From assembly GCA_965649265.1 (NCBI GenBank), contig CBFGKC010000002.1:60655-106999 (forward strand): DNA of 46,345 bases, written 5' to 3'. Below the pieces are notes generated by a model. The model did no database searches. It saw only the letters and a list, made by a program, of their open reading frames with translations, and was not told the DNA's origin. Below, in pieces: positions 35,663 to 44,724 of this stretch. The translations under genes were made by a program, and so were the position numbers. Source of the stretch: a candidate division WOR-3 bacterium (GTDB lineage Bacteria > Hydrothermota > Tepidihabitantia > B3-TA06). Every line of letters begins with the position of its first letter. Position 1 is the first letter of the stretch.

Positions 35663-36740
35663 GGCTCGTCTCCTCAAGCCAGCTTGCCAGACGTTTGAGG
35701 GCATAACTTTCCTCTGTTTGTCCGAGCTTGCTCTTGCGCAGGGCCGATGCAAAGTAGGATATTGTATGATCGTAGACCTTGCGGTTGACCGGATACGGCG
35801 TGCCGTCCTTGCCTCCATGCGCAAAGGAGAAACTCACAGGATCTTCATAGGACGGGCTTGCGCCGAAGATAATTTGCGAGACCAGGGCCAGCGCCCTTAT
35901 CGTTGCAGGCCCCACCCCGGGGGATGAAAGGAGGCCTTCGAAATCTTGGGGCGGCTTCTCGAAGGTGGAAAGAAGAACTCTTGATATCCTTTTAGAATCG
36001 AGATCGGAAAGATTGATTGCATGGCGGGCGGGCAGTTCGAGTCTGCGGATTCTTTCGAACTCGCGTTGAAATCGCGGCTGATCGTTTACGATTTCGACCG
36101 AGCCTGCCTGAGCGGCCGCACTCTGGAGGCTAACCATGTTGAGAACCTCCAGACCCCGCCTGCCCTCTATTGCCGAGTGTGGGTCAGAAACGAAGGAAGA
36201 TAGGTCAAGACTCGACCAGTGATAACGTCTTGCCCACCCTCTTTCCGTGTTCATCCCCTGATCGATTACTACCCAACTCGAGCTTTGGGGAATAAAGAGG
36301 AAAAGCTGGTGGTATACCTGGTAACCGTCCTGCAGACCCGCAGAGTCAACCTTGGCACTCATTCGGCTCGAGTAGATGTAAGGGGCCGGCTCAAAACCCG
36401 CCTTATCGGCGATGGCCGTTATCTCCGAAGGAATCTTTCGTGACGCATTGCCCTTGCCGCCTACAGCATAGACGCCTGCTTCGTCACCGACGTCGGCCAG
36501 AGCGATCTTGAGAGCCCCGCAAGTCGTCGTAGTGAGACCGGATGAGTGCCAGTCAAATCCGAGCACGCACCCAAGGCTCTGGAACCAGAAGGGATCGGTA
36601 AGTCTCTTGAGAAGTTCAGCCGAATCGTAGTCGGTGAGTATGTAGTCGACGATGACACGAGCAAGTTTTACCATTCTCTCGAAGAGCCAGCGCGGCGCAC
36701 GCCCTCCGTGCAGCGGAAGATCGGCTGTATTACGCTGCAT
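35649..36740 (-). CDS. DUF763 family protein
   Basis: ADLPLHGGRAPRWLF, DPFWFQSLGCVLGFDWHSSG, AKVD...QDGY..YH, RRYHW, FAHGGKDGTPYPV. Confidence 0.9.
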   Translation of the reverse strand: MQRNTADLPLHGGRAPRWLFERMVKLARVIVDYILTDYDSAELLKRLTDPFWFQSLGCVLGFDWHSSGLTTTTCGALKIALADVGDEAGVYAVGGKGNASRKIPSEITAIADKAGFEPAPYIYSSRMSAKVDSAGLQDGYQVYHQLFLFIPQSSSWVVIDQGMNTERGWARRYHWSSLDLSSFVSDPHSAIEGRRGLEVLNMVSLQSAAAQAGSVEIVNDQPRFQREFERIRRLELPARHAINLSDLDSKRISRVLLSTFEKPPQDFEGLLSSPGVGPATIRALALVSQIIFGASPSYEDPVSFSFAHGGKDGTPYPVNRKVYDHTISYFASALRKSKLGQTEESYALKRLASWLEETSLVKA

Positions 36741-36858
36741 AGTCCAGCGGGGCTTTCGATCGATTTGAATAACTAATCATTGAAGAACGAGCTTTGTGGG
36801 AAATACTTCGAGATACGCAGAAGGGGGATCTGGTGAAGGCCCGGGAGAAGATCAATGC

Positions 36859-37518
36859 TTATTTTTCCTTTGCGGGGACGCCGATTGAGATTATATAGAG
36901 AGGAATTGTGTTTTCCTTGACCGTATCGAGTCCTAACAAGGCGCTTACCTTCTTGTCGTCGAAAGCACCTATGGGAACACCGCCGAGATCCATTGCGGAA
37001 GCTTCAAGAAGTATGTTCTGGGCCGCGTGACCGGCCTCGAGAAGGATATACCGCATGGCACGGTCACCGTAACGTGTTGAAGTGCGTTCAGGAACGGCGC
37101 AAAGGACTATCGAGACCTGAGCCTTGGCCACCCAGGGCTGGCTGTAGCATGATTTGGCAAGTTCAAGGCGGTCGTCCTTAAGCCTGAGGACGGTGAGAGA
37201 ATGCACGTGCGGTTCGTAATAAAAAATTCCCTGCGGAGCCATAAGGTAAACTTCCAGGGGATAGGTTGCGCCCGCTGAGGGAACCGTTCTGAGTCCGCGA
37301 TTGGTATCGGTAATGCCCTGCGCGGCCCACAGCAGATTGGAGACTTGCTGGGGGGTCAGGGTATCATCTGAAAAGGACCTGACTGAACGCCTCAATGACA
37401 TGCACTCCTCGATGGAGCGGTTCGTGTTTTCGGGCTGGGGCAGCTCGTACGAATTACCCACGCTTCCGCCCTGACAAGTCATGAAAAGCGCGACCAGAAA
37501 CAGGGGCAGGATTTTCAT
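36859..37518 (-). CDS. SagB/ThcOx-like nitroreductase-family lipoprotein
   Basis: Lipobox-like FMTC; RRSVRSF, LLWAAQG, RTVPSAGATYPLE, LEAGHAAQN, VPIGAFDD. Confidence 0.88.
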   Translation of the reverse strand: MKILPLFLVALFMTCQGGSVGNSYELPQPENTNRSIEECMSLRRSVRSFSDDTLTPQQVSNLLWAAQGITDTNRGLRTVPSAGATYPLEVYLMAPQGIFYYEPHVHSLTVLRLKDDRLELAKSCYSQPWVAKAQVSIVLCAVPERTSTRYGDRAMRYILLEAGHAAQNILLEASAMDLGGVPIGAFDDKKVSALLGLDTVKENTIPLYIISIGVPAKEK

Positions 37519-37665
37519 TGTTCCTCCTTGTACAAAAACAAAGACGCTTTGAATCCCCCGTTAGTTTCACTTTGATTAACATGGATCAATCAAAAAGCCC
37601 TGGATCGAACAAGCATATTTGAAGCGGTCAAGGCTTTCCCTGCTTCGCCAAGGGACCGAAGTTTG

Positions 37666-38319
37666 TTAATGGACCGGCACTCCGACTGGTAAGACATATA
37701 GAGGGACGATCTTTTCTTTCATTTCTTCGAGTCCCAGAACTTTCGAGACTTGTTCCTCGGAGAACGCGCACATCGGGACGCTTGCCAATCCCAGCGCCGC
37801 TGCCTCAAGCAAGATATTCTGAGCAACGTGACCGGCTTCAAGAAGGATGAATCTCATGGCCATATCGCCGAATTTAGCGGACGTTCTTTCAGGAGCCGCC
37901 GTTATTACTATTGAAACAGGCGCCTTCTTGACGGCCGGTTGATTGAAACAAGCCTTGGCGAAATCGGAACGAAAATCGCCCTTCTTTAATGTGATGAGTT
38001 CATGCCCCTTAGGCCGATAGTTGAAAACCCCTTGAGATGATACCATAAAGATTTCAAGCGGGTACGTTCTGACAGCCGAAGGTGCCGTTCTGAGTCCCAT
38101 GCTTGTATCTGTAACACCTTGCGCGGCCCAGAGGAGATTGGATATCTGTTGAAGCGTAAGAGAGTCGGAAGTATAATCCCTTATCGACCTCCGAGAAGCA
38201 AGACAATCCTCCAGAATCATGCCGGAAGAACTGGCGGAAAGCAACTTTATCGAGTCCGCGGGATTACCTGCAAAACATATACCTGCAATTATTAACGACA
38301 GAAGCAACGTGCGTTTCAC
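37666..38319 (-). CDS. SagB/ThcOx-like nitroreductase-family exported protein
   Basis: Signal peptide; RRSIRDY, LLWAAQG, RTAPSAVRTYPLE, LEAGHVAQN. Confidence 0.88.
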   Translation of the reverse strand: MKRTLLLSLIIAGICFAGNPADSIKLLSASSSGMILEDCLASRRSIRDYTSDSLTLQQISNLLWAAQGVTDTSMGLRTAPSAVRTYPLEIFMVSSQGVFNYRPKGHELITLKKGDFRSDFAKACFNQPAVKKAPVSIVITAAPERTSAKFGDMAMRFILLEAGHVAQNILLEAAALGLASVPMCAFSEEQVSKVLGLEEMKEKIVPLYVLPVGVPVH

Positions 38320-38388
38320 TGAACCTCCTTTGCGGGTTCCAGAGCTTTCTCCTCCCTTTTTTCATAAAAGACCGACGGGGCTGTGCCT

Positions 38389-39735
38389 TCAGGCAACCCT
38401 GGCCAGAGCCTCCACGAAGGCGTCCATTTCCTGCTTCGTCCTCTTCTCGGTAACGGCGACAAGCAGGAGATTCGACCAGGCCTCGTTAAAACGTCCCAGA
38501 TCGACCCCTGCAAGGAATCCCTTGTCAAGCACGGAATTGATTATCTCAGATGCCGGGCGCTTTGTTCTCAAAGTAAACTCTTTAAAGAAAGGCCCCCTGA
38601 ACGCTATCTCGCAACCAGGAATCTTTCCCAATCTTTCTGCAAGATAGTGAGCTTTCTGAAGAGAAAGGTTGGCCATTTCTTTTAGCCCCTCCTTGCCTAT
38701 AACCGACATGAACACCGCCGAAGCAAGAGCACAAAGAGCCTCGTTAGTGCAGATGTTGGAGGTTGCCTTCTCGCGCCTTATATGTTGTTCACGCGTCTGC
38801 AAAGTCATGACGAATCCCTGCTTGCCTTCTGTATCGACGGTGCGTCCTATAAGACGACCCGGAAGACGACGAACATGCTCCTTCTTGCACGTAAAGACTC
38901 CGAGGTACGGTCCCCCGAATCCCTGCGCAAGCCCAAGGGATTGCCCCTCGGCAATTGCCACGTCGGCGGAGTATGCCCCGGGTGGAGCAAGGATACCCAT
39001 GGAGATGGGATCGACGGCCACAACCAGGAAAGCACCCGCCGCGTGAACCTTCTCGGATATCTCGAATACGGATTCGAGCATTCCGAAGAAGTTGGGGTGC
39101 GAGATGATTACCGCAGCAACGTCTTCCTTGAGCATCGCATCGAGGGCCTGAATATCCATGACACCGTCCCTGGAAGGCACGGTTTCGACGGGGACGTCGA
39201 GACCCGAAGCGTACGTTCGCATGACCTGGGCATGATAGGGGTGGAGGGTCTCTGAAACAAGTATGCGGTGGCGAAGAGTAAGATCGCGAGCCATGTGAAC
39301 GGCCTCTCCCAACGCCGATCCGGCGTCGTACAGGGAGGCATTGGAGACATCCATGTCCATGAGCTCAGTTATGAGAGACTGGTATTCGTAAATGGCGGTG
39401 AGCGTCCCCTGGCTTACTTCCGGTTGATAGGGCGTATAAGCGGTATAAAACTCAGGTCTAGAGATGACGAAGTCCACGAGGGAAGGGATTACGTGATCGT
39501 AAACTCCTGCGCCGAGAAAGGATATCATGGCCGACGGATTATAGTTGCGGCCCGATATTTTTGAAAGGAGGTTCTCGACTTCATATTCGGAAAGCGCGGC
39601 AGGCAGCTTAAGCAGCCCCTTTACTCGCAGCTCCTCAGGAACCTCCGCAATAAGGTCTTCAAAGCGGGCGACCCCGACGGCGGCGAGCATTTTGCGAATA
39701 TCCTCGGGGGTATTGGAAATGTATGAAGCCATCAA
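38389..39735 (-). CDS. gcvPA: glycine dehydrogenase (decarboxylating) subunit 1
   Basis: FLGAGVY.H, EFYTAYTPYQPEVSQG, NASLYD, GEGQ-like AEGQSLG, LQTREQHIRREKATSNICTN. Confidence 0.96.
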   Translation of the reverse strand: MMASYISNTPEDIRKMLAAVGVARFEDLIAEVPEELRVKGLLKLPAALSEYEVENLLSKISGRNYNPSAMISFLGAGVYDHVIPSLVDFVISRPEFYTAYTPYQPEVSQGTLTAIYEYQSLITELMDMDVSNASLYDAGSALGEAVHMARDLTLRHRILVSETLHPYHAQVMRTYASGLDVPVETVPSRDGVMDIQALDAMLKEDVAAVIISHPNFFGMLESVFEISEKVHAAGAFLVVAVDPISMGILAPPGAYSADVAIAEGQSLGLAQGFGGPYLGVFTCKKEHVRRLPGRLIGRTVDTEGKQGFVMTLQTREQHIRREKATSNICTNEALCALASAVFMSVIGKEGLKEMANLSLQKAHYLAERLGKIPGCEIAFRGPFFKEFTLRTKRPASEIINSVLDKGFLAGVDLGRFNEAWSNLLLVAVTEKRTKQEMDAFVEALARVA

Positions 39736-40124
39736 TGACCTGCCGTAAGGATAAACTCCTTGTATGCAGCCGCGTCCATGAGCTTTTCTGCTTCCGAGGT
39801 GTTTGAGAGTTCGAGCTTGACGATCCAGCCCGCACCGTATGCGTCCTTGTTGATCGTCTCAGGGGTGGAGGTAAGCGCCGAGTTGACCTCGAGAACTTTT
39901 CCGGATACCGGCGAGTAGAGGTCGGATACGGCCTTCACTGCTTCGATGACGCCTATAGAATCACCGGCTTTCACATCGCGGCCGGGCTTGGGAAGCTCGA
40001 CCATGACGATATCGGAAAGTTCGCCCTGCGCGAAATCGGTGATCCCGACTACCGCCGTGTTGCCCTCGACCTTTACCCATTCGTGAGTGTTCGAGTAGCG
40101 AAGTCCTTCAAGGACGTTTGCCAT
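39732..40124 (-). CDS. gcvH: glycine cleavage system H protein
   Basis: HEWV, GITDFAQ.ELSDIV, lipoyl motif IEAVKAVSDLYSPVSG, YGAGW. Confidence 0.97.
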   Translation of the reverse strand: MANVLEGLRYSNTHEWVKVEGNTAVVGITDFAQGELSDIVMVELPKPGRDVKAGDSIGVIEAVKAVSDLYSPVSGKVLEVNSALTSTPETINKDAYGAGWIVKLELSNTSEAEKLMDAAAYKEFILTAGH

Positions 40125-40141
40125 TGTATCCTCCTAAAATA

Positions 40142-41236
40142 TCACTTGTGCGAGGCGTTCTTGTAAAAAGGCGGTTTGACTACAACTGCCTTTTCCTGTC
40201 CTCGCCTCGTTGCGATTAAAAGTTCCGTGCCTTCTTTGGTGAAAGCGCTCTTGACGTACGCCATTGCTATACCTTTGTGAATTGACGGGGAGATCGTTCC
40301 CGACGTAACCTCGCCGACTTTGTCGGAACCGGCAAGAATCTCGTCATGCTGCCTGGGAATGCCGGTGCCGGTCATTTCGAGACAGATGAGGCGGCGTGAA
40401 GGTTTTTCTTCCTTGACTTTCACGAGCACATCCTTGGCTATGAACTCGGTCTTATCAAATTTCACGACCCAGGACAGGCCGGCTTCCACTGGATTAGTTG
40501 TCTTATCTATGTCGTTGCCGTAAAGGGCGTACTTCATTTCAAGACGCAGCGTATCGCGCGCGCCGAGACCGATTGGCGAAATCCCTTCGGGTTTCCCGGC
40601 CTCGAAGAGCTTATCCCAGATGTATGTGGCGTCCGAAGCAAGGAAGTAAAGCTCGAAGCCGTCCTCGCCCGTGTATCCGGTGCGAGAGATGAACATGCTC
40701 TTACCCGCGAGTTCAGTCTGGAGCCCTCGGTAGAAGCCAATCTTCGAGAGATCATCGGAGGTGAGCTTCTGCAAAACACTTTCCGTCTTGGGTCCCTGTA
40801 TGGCAAGCTGAGCCATCTCGTCCGTTCTGTCAATGAGCTCGACCTCGAATCCCTTTGCGTTTTCACGCATCCACGCCTGATCCTTGGCGTTGTTCGCCGC
40901 GTTTATTACAACAAGGTAAAGATCGGGGAAACGGTAGATGAGGAGATCGTCGACAATTCCGCCGTCAGGGTAACACATGGGCGAGTAAAGCGCCTGGTAG
41001 AGTTCGAGCGAAGCGACGTCGTTCGTGACCAGGTGATTGAGAAATGCGAGCGCGCCCGGCCCTTTGACGGCCACGCGACCCATGTGGGAGACGTCGAACA
41101 CACCCACACCTTCCCTGACTTTGCGATGTTCGGCCATAAGACCTTCAAATTGAACAGGCATCTGGTAACCGGCAAAGGAAACCATGCGTCCGCCGGCCGC
41201 CACCAACTTATCGTAGAACGGTGTTTTCTTATCCAT
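40142..41236 (-). CDS. gcvT: glycine cleavage system T protein (aminomethyltransferase)
   Basis: FAGYQMPVQF, FDVSHMG, GGIVDDL, LAIQGP, RTGYTGEDGFE, GLGARDTLRLE; ATG 41236 after AGGAG. Confidence 0.97.
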   Translation of the reverse strand: MDKKTPFYDKLVAAGGRMVSFAGYQMPVQFEGLMAEHRKVREGVGVFDVSHMGRVAVKGPGALAFLNHLVTNDVASLELYQALYSPMCYPDGGIVDDLLIYRFPDLYLVVINAANNAKDQAWMRENAKGFEVELIDRTDEMAQLAIQGPKTESVLQKLTSDDLSKIGFYRGLQTELAGKSMFISRTGYTGEDGFELYFLASDATYIWDKLFEAGKPEGISPIGLGARDTLRLEMKYALYGNDIDKTTNPVEAGLSWVVKFDKTEFIAKDVLVKVKEEKPSRRLICLEMTGTGIPRQHDEILAGSDKVGEVTSGTISPSIHKGIAMAYVKSAFTKEGTELLIATRRGQEKAVVVKPPFYKNASHK

Positions 41237-41258
41237 GAATTTGCTCCTAGATTGGGGA

Positions 41259-41286
41259 ATTATACGGGGGGAGGGGGAGGTGTCAA
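41259..41286 (-). promoter_or_regulatory. sigma70 promoter of gcv operon
   Basis: Minus strand TTGACA-16 bp (CCTCCCCCTCCCCCCG)-TATAAT. Confidence 0.75.
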
Positions 41287-41302
41287 CAAGATTCCCCAAA
41301 AG

Positions 41303-42124
41303 CTATTTTGTGCCTATAGCTTCCGATAGAAGTACCCCAAACCAAATTACTGGTCTTTCAGTAAAACTATAACCAGTTTTAACCATCGGGTCTAAGATAG
41401 CTAAGTATAACACCTTGTCTTTTTCCCACATAAAGAAATTATTCCCCGTCCGTAACAAATTCTTTTTGCTGACTTGGAGATTTGAATCCAACACCATTTT
41501 CAAACTTGGATTGTTAGTAGCCATATTTATCAAATCTTTAATCAATTTAACCCTTGACTTGTCAAACGTTTTTACAGCTTCTTGCTTCAACGAAGGGTAA
41601 GGATCCAGTAATCCTTGAAGGCTTTTCATCGTAACTAACCTATTACATTCTTGATCACAATATTCTCTCTCGTAATATGGGACCCGCAAAAAACTCCTAG
41701 AAAAGCCTACGGTTTTATTCTTAAGAATGTAAATTCGCGTTTCTTCTACACTACCGCCTTCCAAATGTCCTTCTCGAAGGTGACTACCATAAATTAACAG
41801 TTTGTCGTATGTTAATTTTTCAAATACTGTATCAATGATCCAAGCATCCGCACTTAAACATATTAAGGGAAGAAGGTTGCCCCAAAACCTAGACACCCAA
41901 AGGTCTCGCGAGTATAAAGTATCTGGTAGGAACCTACTTTTCTTAATGTCTATTTCGACTTTAGGCGTTCCATATTCAGATATTATGTGTTGCTCGCTCC
42001 AACCTAATGGGGCAGGTGTTGGGTTTTCGCAAAAAAGAGAACCTAAACCCAAGCTTAATACCACTGGGAATATTTTAGAGTTGTTAACAAAATTAGCTCT
42101 CAACCAACAAGTCCATTTAATCAT
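41303..42124 (-). CDS. hypothetical AT-rich probable lipoprotein
   Basis: 273-aa ORF; hydrophobic stretch ending SLFC; no family recognised; start uncertain. Confidence 0.6.
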   Translation of the reverse strand: MIKWTCWLRANFVNNSKIFPVVLSLGLGSLFCENPTPAPLGWSEQHIISEYGTPKVEIDIKKSRFLPDTLYSRDLWVSRFWGNLLPLICLSADAWIIDTVFEKLTYDKLLIYGSHLREGHLEGGSVEETRIYILKNKTVGFSRSFLRVPYYEREYCDQECNRLVTMKSLQGLLDPYPSLKQEAVKTFDKSRVKLIKDLINMATNNPSLKMVLDSNLQVSKKNLLRTGNNFFMWEKDKVLYLAILDPMVKTGYSFTERPVIWFGVLLSEAIGTK

Positions 42125-42158
42125 ATTTTTTTTGCGAGGCTACCCCATTTGGATATTT

Positions 42159-42722
42159 TCAATTAAAACGTCGACCAGATAGAAGAGAATCTGACAACTC
42201 CCTATCTATACTTCCAGGCCTTTGTATCTTTATAGCGGTATTGCCATCCTCAAGGTGTCCTTTTCCGCAGATGAATACTACAAGAACTTTATGCCCGAAT
42301 GCTGCTCTTGGAACAGATAAATTTCTAGGAATACTGATTTTTATGGGGAATTCTCCAAACTCAGGATTAATCGTCTGGTACACTTGGCCTGTGGCGACAT
42401 TCCACGGGGCTATTCCTGAATTTCTACTTGTATCTGGAACAAACAAGTGAAACTCCGCCACTCCTCCAAGTAAATTCTTAAGCGAGTGACCTTCCTTAGC
42501 AAAGACCGACGATGTTACAACAAGTTCTAAAACGACTGTATCCCCTGCATAGTTTTCAGTGTTATCGAAGAAGTCTTCTATCTTTGAAACTGCTTCATCG
42601 TCAAGTAAACCTGCTGACTTTCTCATTTCTTCTTTTTCAGATTGAAAAACCTCCTCTTTACGTTGGCTACAACATCCACCCAAGAAAGAGATTAATCCAA
42701 CAAAAATCCAAATCTTACGCAT
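42159..42722 (-). CDS. hypothetical AT-rich lipoprotein
   Basis: GAGGAGG RBS; MRKIWIFVGLISFLGGC lipobox. Confidence 0.75.
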   Translation of the reverse strand: MRKIWIFVGLISFLGGCCSQRKEEVFQSEKEEMRKSAGLLDDEAVSKIEDFFDNTENYAGDTVVLELVVTSSVFAKEGHSLKNLLGGVAEFHLFVPDTSRNSGIAPWNVATGQVYQTINPEFGEFPIKISIPRNLSVPRAAFGHKVLVVFICGKGHLEDGNTAIKIQRPGSIDRELSDSLLSGRRFN

Positions 42723-42759
42723 TCTTTCCTCCTCTATGCTAGATTTGTTTACTTTCCAA

Positions 42760-42839
42760 AATATACACTAAATTGTTTTTTTGTCAAGGAGGATGAAAAT
42801 AAGAATTACCCTTGACACAAGTCCCTTAATCGGCATACT
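42760..42839. promoter_or_regulatory. divergent sigma70 promoter pair
   Basis: Minus: TTGACA (42782-87)-16 bp-TATATT; plus: TTGACA (42812-17)-16 bp-CATACT. Confidence 0.55.
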
Positions 42840-42864
42840 CCAGTTAAGGAGGATACGGATAATT

Positions 42865-43779
42865 ATGGAAGAAAACTCGCGAAGGAAGACCCTTTTTGTC
42901 TCCGTGATTTCGTCTTTCCAGCAGGAGAGGCAGGCGACACTGCTCGCGGAAAGCATACGCTCATTCGGAGGGGCGCTTGCGGATTCCCCGATATGGATGT
43001 TCAGCCCCGCGCCCGGAGAGCGACTCCGAAAGGATGCGGTGCGTCTGGCCGCCGAAGTCTTTCCCTTGAAAGTACCGGACGCGATTGCAGGCTACATCTT
43101 CGGGGCAAAGGTCTTCGCCCTGGCTGAGGCCGAGCGCACGACCACTCCTGATGTCAAGACGATCGTATCCATCGATCCCCCTTGCCTTGTGGTAAAACAA
43201 CCTCTTCTTTATGACCTTGGTGAGGAGGTCGATGCCGCAGTGCGGCCCGTTCACATCCGCAACGTGGGAAGCCCGGTTGATGCACCCCCGGACGGGTACT
43301 GGGCAGGAATATACGACGCTGTGGGAGTGGAGGATGTCCGGACCACCGTCGAGTCGTTCGTCGACGCCGAGCGTATCCGTTCGTATTTCAACACCCACTC
43401 TTTCGCCGTGAATGCAAAGAAGGGTTTGATGCGGAGGTGGCTTGAGCTTTTCGAAAAGCTGGTCTCGGATAAGGAATTTCAGGAAAGCTACTGCCGGGAC
43501 GAGCGCCACCGGGTATTTCTCTTCCAGTCGGTTCTGAGCGCGCTTCTCGCGTCCGGCATTAACGAACATAGGCTCCTCATACTCCCGCCCGATTACAACT
43601 ACCCGTACAATCTGCACGGAAAGGTCCCGGAGGCCAGGAGGCCGGCAGCGCTCAACGACCTGACCTCCTTTACCTACGAAGGTCGGAGTCTGCATCCCCA
43701 TGATGTAGTCGATATCGATTTAAAGGAGCCTTTGAAATCGTGGCTTCAGGAGAGAATCGATTCGATGCCCCAGGCTTGA
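42865..43779 (+). CDS. hypothetical protein, possibly glycosyltransferase (GT-A/GT8)-like fold
   Basis: AGGAGG RBS before ATG 42865; LLAESIRSFGG, KVFALA.AE, SYFN, FLFQSVLSA, YNYP. Confidence 0.6.
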   Translation: MEENSRRKTLFVSVISSFQQERQATLLAESIRSFGGALADSPIWMFSPAPGERLRKDAVRLAAEVFPLKVPDAIAGYIFGAKVFALAEAERTTTPDVKTIVSIDPPCLVVKQPLLYDLGEEVDAAVRPVHIRNVGSPVDAPPDGYWAGIYDAVGVEDVRTTVESFVDAERIRSYFNTHSFAVNAKKGLMRRWLELFEKLVSDKEFQESYCRDERHRVFLFQSVLSALLASGINEHRLLILPPDYNYPYNLHGKVPEARRPAALNDLTSFTYEGRSLHPHDVVDIDLKEPLKSWLQERIDSMPQA

Positions 43780-43803
43780 CACCTTCTACCTGACGCTTAT
43801 CAT
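43776..43803 (+). promoter_or_regulatory. sigma70 promoter, probably giving a leaderless mRNA
   Basis: TTGACA (contains the upstream TGA stop)-16 bp-TATCAT, 6 nt before ATG 43810. Confidence 0.65.
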
Positions 43804-43809
43804 CTTTTT

Positions 43810-44322
43810 ATGGAACATGAGAGATACGAGGCATACGCACGCACGGCCCTCAGAATGAAGGCAAAGGACGCAAGGATTATCCCGGCGGAAAGCGTGTTCG
43901 TCGCCCAGTGGGTCAGGGAGAAGTGCCGGTTCGGATGCGGCGGGTACGGACAAAGACTTACATGCCCCCCTCGCTCCCCCACGCCCGAGGAGACAAAACG
44001 GATGCTTTCACATTACAAGTTCGCCTTGCTCGTGCACGGTGACGAGAACACGCCCGTCAACAGGATCGTCGCCAAGCTCGAGCGCAAGATATTTTTAGAC
44101 GGTCACGAGAGAGCTTTCGCGTTCGGATGCGGGCCATGTTTACTGTGCGACGACTGCCCGACGGATCCGGAGGGGTGCAGGCATCCCGATGAAGCAAGAC
44201 CCTCCATGGAGGCAGCTGGCATCGACGTCTACTCCACTGTCAGGGCGCAAGGCCTTCCTATAGAAGTCCTCAAGGACGAGAAAGCAAAACCAAACTACTA
44301 CGGGCTCGTGCTGATCGAATAA
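43810..44322 (+). CDS. DUF2284 Cys-rich metal-binding protein
   Basis: WVREKCRFGC..YG..LTCPP, GPCLLCDDC, CRHPDEARPSMEA.GIDV, YYGLVLIE. Confidence 0.88.
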   Translation: MEHERYEAYARTALRMKAKDARIIPAESVFVAQWVREKCRFGCGGYGQRLTCPPRSPTPEETKRMLSHYKFALLVHGDENTPVNRIVAKLERKIFLDGHERAFAFGCGPCLLCDDCPTDPEGCRHPDEARPSMEAAGIDVYSTVRAQGLPIEVLKDEKAKPNYYGLVLIE

Positions 44323-44325
44323 GAA

Positions 44326-44715
44326 ATGTGGAAGTGTCCGCGATGCGGCAGGGAGTACGTGAGGGTCAACCAGTGGCATTCGTGTAGAGCGATGACGGTA
44401 GACGATTATCTTGCCGGAAAACCTGAAACGCTGAAGGAGGTATACAGGCTGCTGGAGAGGAATCTGAGGAAAGTAGGTGTGCGCTTCGACGTTGCCAAAA
44501 CGGCCGTAAGCCTGTGGAAGGTTCGCAACTTCGCTACCCTCTACGTCCAGAAGAGGGCAATCAAGGTTGAGTTTCTTTCACGGAAGCCGATAGAAGACAC
44601 AAGAATTGTAAGCCGACACAAGGTAAAGGAGGGATTGTATTTTACGAGGATGAAGTTAACGCGTATGGAGGATATAGACGAGACGCTCCTCTGCTGGCTC
44701 AAAGGAATAGATTAA
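44326..44715 (+). CDS. DUF5655-like protein with N-terminal Zn-finger
   Basis: MWKCPRCGR....NQWHSC; C-terminal EDIDETLLCWL. Confidence 0.7.
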   Translation: MWKCPRCGREYVRVNQWHSCRAMTVDDYLAGKPETLKEVYRLLERNLRKVGVRFDVAKTAVSLWKVRNFATLYVQKRAIKVEFLSRKPIEDTRIVSRHKVKEGLYFTRMKLTRMEDIDETLLCWLKGID

Positions 44716-44724
44716 GGAGGATTA

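Noticed and set aside
35663-35824. 54-aa N-terminal extension of the RNA methyltransferase
   Set aside because: Overlaps the DUF763 coding region; TTG 35662 has a good RBS
37571-37594. Inverted repeat TTTGATT-N10-AATCAAA between the nitroreductase genes
   Set aside because: AT-rich single instance; cannot distinguish an operator or weak terminator from chance
36859-38319. Thiazole/oxazole RiPP cluster
   Set aside because: No YcaO, E1-like protein, precursor or transporter, and both proteins have export signals
41237-41290. Glycine riboswitch or G-quadruplex upstream of gcvT
   Set aside because: The leader is only ~15-20 nt; the G-run is simply the promoter spacer
42961-43701. 246-aa minus-strand ORF
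   Set aside because: Antisense to the RBS-supported 42865-43779 gene; no recognisable motifs
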